Shown here piece after piece: positions 17,218 through 25,366 of a stretch of 42,766 bases of DNA. The notes beneath the pieces were generated by a model. The model saw only the letters and a list, made by a program, of their open reading frames with translations. It was not told the origin of the DNA and made no database searches. The stretch lies in the NCBI GenBank assembly GCA_965662235.1, contig CBFIGY010000024.1:1-42766 (forward strand), given 5' to 3'. The position numbers and the translations under genes were made by a program. Within the stretch, counting starts at the first letter, position 1. Each line of letters begins with the position of its first letter. This DNA is from an uncultured bacterium (lineage in GTDB: Bacteria > SAR324 > NAC60-12).

Positions 17218-18137
17218 GTCACGAGTACTGTTCCCTCATCACCCGAGACCTAGAAGAGCCCCTGGCTGGCACGGCCCCGAACGCCAGGCACATCGTTTTC
17301 ATCACCTGGCCCAAACGCTTCTGGGATCGTGACGTCCTCCTCTCTGAGGGAGGATTTCCAGAAACACTGGGAGAGGACCAGCACCTCTGGAGTGCCTTGG
17401 TCGGAAAAGTCACCCTCCGCCTGATCACCGATGGCACCGTCGGTACCGATTCCTGCGAGGTGCTGATCTATCCGGAAGGCGTCCGCTACACCGTGGCTCC
17501 TGCGCAGCTGACGGACGTCCTGACGGCCCATTTTTCAGGCAACCCGTCTCAGGTGGCGGAACCGATCACCACCCCTCAGGTGATGGTCTGTACCCACGGC
17601 AAGCACGACAAGTGCTGCGCGAAGTTCGGTGGCGCCGTTGTTCAACGTCTGCGTGAAGGCGTGGACGCGCGTCAGGCTTCCGTGAAGGTCTGGGAAAGCA
17701 GCCACTTGGGCGGACACCGCTTTGCCGCCACCTTGGCCGCGTTTCCTCAGGGACGGATGCACGGGTACCTGACTCCGGAGCTCGCCGACGAGTGGCTGGA
17801 CGCGTTTTTGGCCGACCAGGTTCATGCCCCTACGTATCGTGGGAGGATCTGGCTGGAGGGACTGCATCAGGTCGCTGAAGCCTTTGCCCAGACGGTTTGC
17901 CAGCAGGAACACTGGTCCGCACAGCCGGAGCTGATTGAGGTCACCGAAGCTCCAGAACAGACGCAGGTCCAGGTTCGACTCCATCCCCTTTCAACGGCTT
18001 CTTCTTCCCAACCTTCGATTCTGGAACTGGTGTTGCATCGCCAAAAGTTCTTGGGCCCCAAAGGATGCGACGGCTTAGAAGCTCCGGAAGCCCGGATGCG
18101 TTGGGTGTTGCAGGGGTACTCCGTACAAACTGGGTAA
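17214..18137 (+). CDS. Sucrase/ferredoxin-like protein (Apd1/Aim32-type thioredoxin-fold 2Fe-2S)
   Basis: CS....EPLAGTA, VCTHGKHDKCCAKFG, WESSHLGGHRFA and YRGR motifs. ATGA overlap with the upstream stop. Confidence 0.88.
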   Translation: MSHEYCSLITRDLEEPLAGTAPNARHIVFITWPKRFWDRDVLLSEGGFPETLGEDQHLWSALVGKVTLRLITDGTVGTDSCEVLIYPEGVRYTVAPAQLTDVLTAHFSGNPSQVAEPITTPQVMVCTHGKHDKCCAKFGGAVVQRLREGVDARQASVKVWESSHLGGHRFAATLAAFPQGRMHGYLTPELADEWLDAFLADQVHAPTYRGRIWLEGLHQVAEAFAQTVCQQEHWSAQPELIEVTEAPEQTQVQVRLHPLSTASSSQPSILELVLHRQKFLGPKGCDGLEAPEARMRWVLQGYSVQTG

Positions 18138-18171
18138 TGGTGCCCGCTTTTTCTCAGGTGTGAGCAATTCA

Positions 18172-18708
18172 ATGGCAGACGAAGAAAACGATTTAGAATC
18201 ACTTGTGGATGACGCGACAGCCGATGCTGATGAGGACGCTGAAGCGGATTTGGAATCCCTGGTCTCCGAGTCGGCTGAAGGCGTTGCCGCTGAAGCCACC
18301 GGAGACCTGAGCTCCTTGGTCACGGGAGACAGTGACGATGAAGACGCCGATGTCGACTCTTTGCTCGCCTCGACGGATGACGACGTGGTGCCTTCAAGTG
18401 GAGGACTTGGCCTGCCTGAGAGTTCAAGCGGCAACGTCGACCTGAGCTTCTTGCTGGACATGCCCCTGACCGTGACCTTTGAGGTGGGACGGGCCAAGAT
18501 GAACATCAGTGACCTCCTCTCTCTGGGACAGGGTTCGGTTCTGGAACTGCACCGCCTGGTGGGAGAGGACCTGGACATGTTTGTGAACGGCAAACTCGTC
18601 GCCCGGGGTGAAGTGGTGGTCATCAATGAAAAGTTCGGAGCCCGCCTCACCAGCGTGGTTCCTCCGGAAGAGCGCATCAAGCGCATGGGAGTCATGGACC
18701 ACATTTGA
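18172..18708 (+). CDS. fliN: Flagellar motor switch protein FliN (SpoA domain) with an acidic, repetitive N-terminus
   Basis: C-terminal LLDMPLTVTFEVGRAKMNISDLLSLGQGSVLEL..LVGEDLDMFVNGKLVARGEVVVINEKFGARL. An alternative GTG start lies at 18160. Confidence 0.9.
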   Translation: MADEENDLESLVDDATADADEDAEADLESLVSESAEGVAAEATGDLSSLVTGDSDDEDADVDSLLASTDDDVVPSSGGLGLPESSSGNVDLSFLLDMPLTVTFEVGRAKMNISDLLSLGQGSVLELHRLVGEDLDMFVNGKLVARGEVVVINEKFGARLTSVVPPEERIKRMGVMDHI

Positions 18709-18710
18709 GC

Positions 18711-19763
18711 ATGAACCCCACTGACTGGAGGCGAGCGTCCTACCACTTTGACCTCCCTCCGGAATTGATTGCCCAGCACCCTCCTGAGCAGCGTGACCAA
18801 TCGCGTCTCATGCTCCTGCCTCGCTCCGGAGCCGCTCCCCGGCACCATCACTTTCACGAACTCCTCTCCCTCTTGCCTTCCCGGTGCGCGTTGGTGTTCA
18901 ACAACACCAAGGTGGTTCCGGCTCGGTTGCTGGGACGCCGCGCAACAGGTGCTGCGCTAGAGGCGCTGCTGCTGGAAGAGCAGGCTCCAGGAATCTGGCA
19001 GGCGCTGGTACGGAAGGCCGCCCGGATCAAACCTGGGGAAGAACTGAGCTTTGGCAACGGGGAACTGGTTGCTGTCGCACGGGAGCGCTGGGAGGATGGC
19101 TCGTGGATTCTGCAGTTTGATGAGCCGGAGACCTTTGCTGCGCGACTGGAGCAGGCGGGCCTGCCACCACTGCCGCCTTACATTGAGCGCCGGACGGCTC
19201 CAGAGGATCAGCATCAGCTGGACCGGAAGCGGTACCAAACCGTCTACGCCTCACGTAGCGGAGCTGTTGCGGCTCCCACCGCCGGCCTGCACTTCACCGA
19301 GTCCATTTTGGAACAACTCCGTGATGCGGGACATGAGTTGCTTGAGGTGACCCTGCACGTTGGGCGAGGAACCTTTGCCCCCGTGGTGGCGGACGATGTC
19401 CGTGAGCACCCCATGCACGCGGAGCACTACGAAGTCGAACCGGAGGTGTGGAAACGGCTTCAGGCCCTCAAGGCCGAGGGCGTTCCGATTCTTGCGGTGG
19501 GCACCACGTCGGTCCGGGTGCTGGAAACGATTGCCGCGCAGCCGGAGCCTCAGTGGCAGGGCTGGACCGATATCTTCATCTACCCGCCTTATTCCTTCCG
19601 GATGGTGGATCACCTCCTTACCAACTTCCATCTGCCTGAGTCAACGCTGCTGATGCTGGTGTCGGCTCTGACGAGCCGTGAGAGCCTCATGGCCGCCTAC
19701 GCTGAAGCCGTCCGGGAGCAGTACCGCTTCTTCAGCTACGGTGACTGCATGCTGGTGCTCTGA
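18711..19763 (+). CDS. queA: S-adenosylmethionine:tRNA ribosyltransferase-isomerase
   Basis: FDLPPELIAQ.P, VFNNTKVVPARL, PLPPYI, YQTVYA..GAVAAPTAGLHF, TLHVG.GTF, AVGTTSVR.LE, TNFHLPESTL, YRFFSYGD. Confidence 0.97.
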   Translation: MNPTDWRRASYHFDLPPELIAQHPPEQRDQSRLMLLPRSGAAPRHHHFHELLSLLPSRCALVFNNTKVVPARLLGRRATGAALEALLLEEQAPGIWQALVRKAARIKPGEELSFGNGELVAVARERWEDGSWILQFDEPETFAARLEQAGLPPLPPYIERRTAPEDQHQLDRKRYQTVYASRSGAVAAPTAGLHFTESILEQLRDAGHELLEVTLHVGRGTFAPVVADDVREHPMHAEHYEVEPEVWKRLQALKAEGVPILAVGTTSVRVLETIAAQPEPQWQGWTDIFIYPPYSFRMVDHLLTNFHLPESTLLMLVSALTSRESLMAAYAEAVREQYRFFSYGDCMLVL

Positions 19764-21631
19764 CCGTCCGGTGGCAGAGTGATCCGGAAGGTGCAGCCCT
19801 TGGTATTGAGGTGATTGGAAACCGTCAGGTCGCCTCCGTGCCGACGAATGATGTCCCGACTGATGGACAATCCTAGCCCCGTCCCTTCCCCTTCTTCCTT
19901 GGTGGTGTAGAACAGGTCAAAGATCTTCTCTAGGTTCATCGGTTCAATGCCGGGTCCGGTATCTGAAACATCCAGGACCAGCCACTCGTCTTTGGTGTAA
20001 GCCGAAAAGCGGAGAACACGCTCTGATCCGTCACGCATGGCCTGCATGGCATTGGCGCCCAAGTTGAGCAGCACCTGCTGAATCTGCGTCCGGTTGCAGT
20101 GGACCTCTGGAAGAGCTGGCTCCACCTCGGTTTCCAGACGGACCCCCAGTTTCTTGGCCATGGGCTCCAGCAGCAGGAGGAGTTCTGCAAAGAGCTTATC
20201 CAAATCACACTGCACAAAGTCCTGAGAGTCGGACTTTCGGGAGAAGCTCAGCAGGCTTTGAATCGTGTCCAGGCTATGAGCGACCATCTGCTGCATGGTG
20301 CCCAGTAGATCCAGCAGCTCCTCCTCCTTTCCCTCCTTCAGCATGGGCTGGATCAGAGGAAGGCTCATCAGCACGCCACTCAGCGGAGTCTTGAGCTCGT
20401 GGCTCAGGCTACTGGTCAGGACTCCGAGGGTGCTCATTTTTTCCGACTGAATCACCTGATTTTCCAACTCTCGGGTCTTCGTCAGGTCTTCAATCTGGGC
20501 GATGAAGTACTCAAAAGCGCCCGAAGCGTCACGGATGGCGTTGACAGCGACCCGAGCGATCAGGGTGTTGCCTTCCTGAGTCAGGAGCTTGCGCTGGCGG
20601 ATGTACCCGGCGTGCGGAGTCTGCTTCAGGTGCTCCCGGTCTTCCTGAGACTCGTTCAGGTCACTGGGGTGAATGAGGTCGTCAATACGCATGCCCACCA
20701 GCTCCTCTCCGTAACCGAGCATCGTCTTGAAGGACTCATTGACGCGGAGGATCAGGCCCCGAGCGTTACTGAGGACCATCCCATAAAACGCATAATCGAA
20801 GGCGGTGGAGAAGAGGCTTTGACTGGAAGCCAGCTGCTGCTCCGACTGCTTCCGGTGCGTGATGTCGAGCATTGTCCCCACGAAGCGGGCGGCCTTTCCG
20901 TCTGCTGTCCGCTGCACCACGGAGCCCCGTCCCCGGAACCAGCGGTAGCCTCCGGACTTGACCTGAATGCGGTACTCCTCGTCAAAGACCATGGACTCAT
21001 CGGCAACCGCGTGGTCGGTGAGGGAAACGACACGGGGGCGGTCTTCGGGGTGAATGCTCTGCAGCCACAGGCGGTTCGAGTCGGTGACCTCCTGCGGGTG
21101 GTACCCCAGCATCTCCAGGTAGTAGGGGCTGACGTAGGTTTCCCCGGTCAGGAGGTTGGCATCCCAGAGTCCCAACTCGGCGCCACGGAGGACCAATTCC
21201 ATGCGCTTTTCACTTTCCTGCACCCCCTGCTCCGCACGCTTGCGCTGGGTGATTTCTAGGACAACTCCATGCCGTCCCCGGACCTTTCCATTATGGTCGA
21301 GGTGCGGCACCCCCTTCACCAGCAACCACCGTTCCGACCCATCGGGTTCCGAGAGGCTATGCTCAAACTCATCCGGAACCTGCTCCGCCTCTGAGCGCTG
21401 GATGGACGCTTGGATCAGTTCGCGTTGGCTCTCTGGAATCAGCTCAAGGTACTCTTCACGTGTTGCCGGAGGGGCTTCCACTCCATACATTTTGAGGGTA
21501 ACGGAATCCCAGAACATCATGCCATCGCAGGCATACCAGGTCCCAATCTCAGCAGCACTCAGCGTCTGACGCAGGCGTTGTTCGTCTGCCAGCCACCCAC
21601 TGACGGGTGGAAAATGAACCTTTTCAAGCAT
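19736..21631 (-). CDS. Cytoplasmic multi-PAS sensor histidine kinase
   Basis: Three PAS/PAC-like segments (e.g. IHPEDR, GTMLDITHRK, IHPSD), H-box LSHELKTPL, N-box NLGANAMQAM, DTGPGI and FYTTK..GTGLGL. No TM segment is evident. It overlaps the queA 3' end by 28 nt, convergently. Confidence 0.93.
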   Translation of the reverse strand: MLEKVHFPPVSGWLADEQRLRQTLSAAEIGTWYACDGMMFWDSVTLKMYGVEAPPATREEYLELIPESQRELIQASIQRSEAEQVPDEFEHSLSEPDGSERWLLVKGVPHLDHNGKVRGRHGVVLEITQRKRAEQGVQESEKRMELVLRGAELGLWDANLLTGETYVSPYYLEMLGYHPQEVTDSNRLWLQSIHPEDRPRVVSLTDHAVADESMVFDEEYRIQVKSGGYRWFRGRGSVVQRTADGKAARFVGTMLDITHRKQSEQQLASSQSLFSTAFDYAFYGMVLSNARGLILRVNESFKTMLGYGEELVGMRIDDLIHPSDLNESQEDREHLKQTPHAGYIRQRKLLTQEGNTLIARVAVNAIRDASGAFEYFIAQIEDLTKTRELENQVIQSEKMSTLGVLTSSLSHELKTPLSGVLMSLPLIQPMLKEGKEEELLDLLGTMQQMVAHSLDTIQSLLSFSRKSDSQDFVQCDLDKLFAELLLLLEPMAKKLGVRLETEVEPALPEVHCNRTQIQQVLLNLGANAMQAMRDGSERVLRFSAYTKDEWLVLDVSDTGPGIEPMNLEKIFDLFYTTKEEGEGTGLGLSISRDIIRRHGGDLTVSNHLNTKGCTFRITLPPDGQSTSMQSP

Positions 21632-21643
21632 AGGGGGCGTGTT

Positions 21644-22411
21644 TTAGTCGGAAACGGAACTGGTAGAGAGAAGTTCCTGCGGCCGGGACACCTGACGCAG
21701 GGGGTAAGGCTGCCCCTGCCAGCAGAGGGCCGTTTGGGAATCCTCCCAATGGCTGAGGACCTCGAAGCGTGGCTGGTCGGCAATCAGAATCAGCGGCCAA
21801 ACAGAGTCGGTCAGGAACAGGCGCTCTGTGGCATCAAGTGCGAGGTGCGTCCACTGCAGGGGCCTCAGGGCTCCCGTGTTCAGCTCCAGCTGGTTGGTGG
21901 AGGCCTCCCAACGGACCCCCCGGACAGGTGTGTGCGCGACCTTGAGGTAGCACTTGTCCCAGCGGTCCTCGGTCTGGTACTCAACAAGGTACCGCTTCAC
22001 CTCCGGATCGTACTGGAGGTGCTGCTCAAACAGAGTCAAAACCTTGCTAACAATCGGCTTTCCTCGCCACGACCAGCGTTGCTGTTCATCGACATCCAGA
22101 AAGGAGTACGCAAAGGTCTGCACCTGCGCCGGAGTGGGAGGCTGTCCGTTGGCAACACGCTGCAGAGGCACCGGAAAGTACATGCCCGGAGGCAGGTGAG
22201 TCAGGAGCGGTTCCAGCGTCTCGGAGACAAACGTCCAGAGCGTGTCGGTCAGCACCCCGGCTTCCAGCAGACGGTTGCGCTGTGTGGGCGCCAGTGGGTC
22301 GAGGTAGCGCTGGTGGTGAAGAAAGAGCAGGTGCTGCTCCCGTTGATTCAGGGTCTGTGCCAGGTGCTGCCACGCCTCAGAGCGCTGCACGGTACTGTTC
22401 CTGGTGCTCAT
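21644..22411 (-). CDS. Hypothetical protein; C-terminal half resembles DUF1285
   Basis: The plausible start is ATG 22411, overlapping the end of the upstream gene. LDVDEQQRWSWRGKPIVSKVLTLFEQHL..YLVEY..KCYLKVAHTP..LNTG resembles the DUF1285 pattern as I recall it. Confidence 0.6.
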   Translation of the reverse strand: MSTRNSTVQRSEAWQHLAQTLNQREQHLLFLHHQRYLDPLAPTQRNRLLEAGVLTDTLWTFVSETLEPLLTHLPPGMYFPVPLQRVANGQPPTPAQVQTFAYSFLDVDEQQRWSWRGKPIVSKVLTLFEQHLQYDPEVKRYLVEYQTEDRWDKCYLKVAHTPVRGVRWEASTNQLELNTGALRPLQWTHLALDATERLFLTDSVWPLILIADQPRFEVLSHWEDSQTALCWQGQPYPLRQVSRPQELLSTSSVSD

Positions 22412-23897
22412 AGGCGAGCTTTGCATGATGCAGCAGCTGGTCGAAGCCACACGAGTCAGCGGCTTCGTAACGGACGTTGAAGTAGGCGTACACCATTTCT
22501 GCAATCCGGCGCATCTGTTCGCTGATGCCGGAAGACCACGCATTTGCGTTGCCGGCGATGCTCTGGTAGTTGGCCCGCTCAATGATGAGGACCACCGAAT
22601 ACGCCCGGCGTCCGTGCGGGGTGTCGATTTCGACAATACCGGCGTTGCCGTTGACGCCTTTGACGAAGCCTGTTTTGTCCCAAAGCTTGACCTGCTGGTT
22701 GTCAGAGTAGCAGGTTCCGTCCTTGATGCGGTCATGAACCCGGTTGGAGCTGTCCATGCCGAGGTAGTCCAGCATGCGCCGAGAGGCGGCACGATTTTCC
22801 AGTTCACTGAAGCCTGGACCCAAGGCCTGACCCGCCCAGAGGCGGACAAAGAGTTGGTTGAGGTCGGCGGCTGAGACCTGGTTGCGGTACGTCCGGCCCC
22901 CTGGAGGAATGTACTCCACCAGCCTGAGGGCGCGGTACATGCGGGTCTGGTCCAGAAGGTTCTGCACCACTCCGGGGCCTCCAAGGCGCTTGAGGATGAG
23001 ATTCGTGCTGTAGTTGCTGCTCAGCCGAATCATGTTTTCCAGGTTCTTGTCATTGCTGGGAGTGTGCTCAATCTGTCCCTTGTACAGCTGAAGCATGTAC
23101 GCTTGGAGGATGGGCACCTTGATCATGCTGGCCGCCTTGACGTGTCGGCGTGGGCGGATGGACACCAGCAGCTGTCCGGCATGGAGGTCCTGCACCACCA
23201 TGAAAAGCTGGTCCTCCCGGGCAATCACTCCACGCTGGTAGGCGTTTTCCATGAACTCATGGATGCTGCTGGCCAAGGGGGAACCGGCTTCAGTGGAGAG
23301 CGATTGCAGGGCTTCCGGAAGGTGGTGCGGCTCATACAGCTGCAGCTGATCACGCGCCACCCATCCGGACTCACGGCGGTTGGGTTCGCGAACCATCAGC
23401 CAGTCCTCGGAGTGTTGCAAGAGGACCACATGGGAACCTTCTTTGAGCTGATACCGGGACGGGTGGTCGGGGCCGGGACCGTAACGGACGTCCAGCTGAG
23501 GAACCTTCACCACGGCGTAGCGCTGCTTGGTTTCCATCTCCTGAACCAACTGCTCCCGAAACTGGGTTTGAGGAGACGGTTCTTCTGCTTGAGGTTCTGG
23601 GATGGAAAGGAAGTGCTTGATCGTCCAGCCCTCTTCGCCTCCTTCGGTCCGGACCCGGATCCACTCACCGTCTTCCTGGTTTGAGTAGAACAGCGGTGTT
23701 TTGTCCCGGACGGTCTCCAGAATGAGTCCTGAGAGCCCCGGCAGGTTCCGGATGTTCAGAGAAGTGGCATTGACCTCGGCACCGTAGCGCCAGATGGTGA
23801 TCGGAGGCTGAGCCTGCAGGCTCACTCCACTGCCCAAGGCGCCCCAGAGGAGGCTGAGGAGCAACGTGATTTTCCAGATTTTCGTATGAGACGGCAT
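22377..23897 (-). CDS. Secreted serine hydrolase with a class A beta-lactamase/PBP-A-like fold and two N-terminal bacterial SH3 domains
   Basis: Signal peptide from ATG 23897 (AGGA upstream). SH3-like LNIRNLPG..WIRV..EGW and LDVRYGPG..WLMV..SGWV. Catalytic motifs S-x-x-K (ASMIK), S-x-N (LSSN) and KTG. Confidence 0.88.
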   Translation of the reverse strand: MPSHTKIWKITLLLSLLWGALGSGVSLQAQPPITIWRYGAEVNATSLNIRNLPGLSGLILETVRDKTPLFYSNQEDGEWIRVRTEGGEEGWTIKHFLSIPEPQAEEPSPQTQFREQLVQEMETKQRYAVVKVPQLDVRYGPGPDHPSRYQLKEGSHVVLLQHSEDWLMVREPNRRESGWVARDQLQLYEPHHLPEALQSLSTEAGSPLASSIHEFMENAYQRGVIAREDQLFMVVQDLHAGQLLVSIRPRRHVKAASMIKVPILQAYMLQLYKGQIEHTPSNDKNLENMIRLSSNYSTNLILKRLGGPGVVQNLLDQTRMYRALRLVEYIPPGGRTYRNQVSAADLNQLFVRLWAGQALGPGFSELENRAASRRMLDYLGMDSSNRVHDRIKDGTCYSDNQQVKLWDKTGFVKGVNGNAGIVEIDTPHGRRAYSVVLIIERANYQSIAGNANAWSSGISEQMRRIAEMVYAYFNVRYEAADSCGFDQLLHHAKLAYEHQEQYRAAL

Positions 23898-23987
23898 GGG
23901 GTCCTGGACGTCGACTCTTCCTTCAGGAAGCAAACAAACTCAACGAATCAGGAAAAGCAACAGCTGTTCCTTGCAGAGTCGTTTTTG

Positions 23988-24016
23988 AAGATAGCACAGG
24001 AGGCCGGAGATGCGAA
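23988..24016 (-). promoter_or_regulatory. Candidate extended -10 promoter for the SH3-serine hydrolase
   Basis: Minus strand TTCGCA, 17-nt spacer ending TGTGC, TATCTT (23993-23988). Confidence 0.45.
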
Positions 24017-24039
24017 GTGAGGATCGCTTGGGGAGGGGT

Positions 24040-24059
24040 GGGGCACCCAAAGGCGCCCC
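24040..24059 (-). other. Hairpin directly downstream of the smORF stop
   Basis: Minus strand GGGGCGCC-TTTG-GGTGCCCC (8 bp, one G-U), with no U-tract. Confidence 0.5.
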
Positions 24060-24067
24060 TCGGCAAG

Positions 24068-24178
24068 TCAATGACTCTTCTTGCCTTTGTCCTTCAGATG
24101 CGTCATGAAGACCACGGCAGGGCAGACCATAAGGCCAAACACCATGACTCCGAAAACGATGGTCCAGCTTAAAGCCAT
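24068..24178 (-). CDS. Unannotated 36-aa single-pass membrane protein MALSWTIVFGVMVFGLMVCPAVVFMTHLKDKGKKSH
   Basis: ATG 24178 to TGA 24068. About 25 uncharged, hydrophobic residues are followed by a Lys-rich tail. GGA lies shortly upstream of the ATG, and there is a dedicated promoter candidate and a 3' hairpin. It is too short to appear in the ORF track. Confidence 0.7.
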   Translation of the reverse strand: MALSWTIVFGVMVFGLMVCPAVVFMTHLKDKGKKSH

Positions 24179-24232
24179 TGAATTTCCATAAAAAAGGGAG
24201 CAAGCCCCCGAAGGGGATTCACAAACGCGCTT

Positions 24233-24261
24233 ACTTTAGCACAGACAACGGTCGCCTGCAA
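24233..24261 (-). promoter_or_regulatory. Candidate sigma70 promoter (extended -10) for the smORF
   Basis: Minus strand TTGCAG (24261-24256), 17-nt spacer ending TGTGC, TAAAGT (24238-24233). Confidence 0.55.
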
Positions 24262-24267
24262 TGCGGA

Positions 24268-25341
24268 TCAGCGTCGCATGGCAATCACAAAGGCACCCTC
24301 AAAGCGCTGATCCTTCTGGGCCAGCAGCTCCTGAAGGCGCTCCGCCTCATTTTTGGAACGGAAGCCTCCGGCCCGGACCTTGAGGTAGATGATTTTCTGG
24401 TCCGCCCGCTTCGCTTCAAAGAAGATCTCGTTGGCGTAGGCCTGGTTCAGGTTGTTCTTCACGCGGTTGGCGGTGTCCAAGTCAGGGAACAGTCCCAGCG
24501 AGATCAGGTATCCGTCGTTGACCTCCTTGCGGAAGGCGCGTCCTGCCAGTCGGTTTTCGCGGTTGATCCGTTCGATCATGCGCCCGGTGGCTTCTTCACC
24601 CATGGACTCGCGAGAAATGATCTCGGTCATGGGGGTCAGCTCCTGTGTCCGGTCCACCCGCACAGGGTAACCGAAGCGCTGCAGCAGGAAGCGGTAGTCG
24701 TCCACACACTCCTGGTGGACGCAGTTGGCCACCTGAACGTAGTAGAACCGCTGCGGAGGCGGAGGCGGAGCAGGGCGTTGGGGTCGGGGCTTGACGGGCT
24801 CGGGCGGAGGCTCTGGCTCGGGTGGCGGAACAGGCTCCGGCATCAGCACCGGATCGTTCTGCATCACAATCGGCTCCTCTTCAGGAACCACCTCTCCTCC
24901 TCCCTGCAGCAGGTAGAGCACCACAACGGTGACCACTCCAAGGAGCAATCCGGTAACACTGGCAATGAGGGCTGCGGGGAGCAGCGACTTTCCGCTTTTG
25001 GCCTTGGCCGCCTTGGGCATGGGCTTGACGGCAGCGGCAGCGGCACTTGCGCCTGCTGCTGAAGCGGCAGCGGCAGCCACCGGAGGATCATCGTCGTCGT
25101 CCTTTGCCGGACTCTCACTGGGTGCAGCAGCGGCAGCGGCAGGTGCCGGCTCAGGCTCTTCCTCAGCGTCGTCCTGGACTTCCAGGTCATCAATGGTTGA
25201 GAGGTCCTCAAAGAACGAGTCGAGCTCACTGTCGCCGTCTTCGTCCCCCTCTCCTTCCATGAAGCTGTCGAGCTGGTCTCCGAAATCGTCTCCGAAATCG
25301 TCCAGCCCGTCCAGTCCGTCCAGTTGATCGTCGTCTGCCAT
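24268..25341 (-). CDS. Bitopic SPOR-domain protein with a highly acidic N-terminal region
   Basis: D/E-rich N-terminus, Ala/Lys linker, TM helix (LLPAALIASVTGLLLGVVTVVVLYLL), Pro-rich stalk, then SPOR-like YYVQVA, YLISLGLF..TANRV and LKVRAGGF.S..EAE.L..AFV. Confidence 0.8.
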   Translation of the reverse strand: MADDDQLDGLDGLDDFGDDFGDQLDSFMEGEGDEDGDSELDSFFEDLSTIDDLEVQDDAEEEPEPAPAAAAAAPSESPAKDDDDDPPVAAAAASAAGASAAAAAVKPMPKAAKAKSGKSLLPAALIASVTGLLLGVVTVVVLYLLQGGGEVVPEEEPIVMQNDPVLMPEPVPPPEPEPPPEPVKPRPQRPAPPPPPQRFYYVQVANCVHQECVDDYRFLLQRFGYPVRVDRTQELTPMTEIISRESMGEEATGRMIERINRENRLAGRAFRKEVNDGYLISLGLFPDLDTANRVKNNLNQAYANEIFFEAKRADQKIIYLKVRAGGFRSKNEAERLQELLAQKDQRFEGAFVIAMRR

Positions 25342-25366
25342 TTCCTAGCCTTGTGGGTTACACACT

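Noticed and set aside
22412..22984. N-terminal extension of the 446-aa ORF 21644..22984
   Set aside because: It lies within the serine hydrolase gene in another frame and reads as low-information sequence. The plausible start is ATG 22411.
22377..23897. Class A beta-lactamase / resistance gene
   Set aside because: SxxK, SxN and KTG are present, but the ExxLN omega-loop motif is not evident, and the SH3 fusion points to a cell-wall enzyme.
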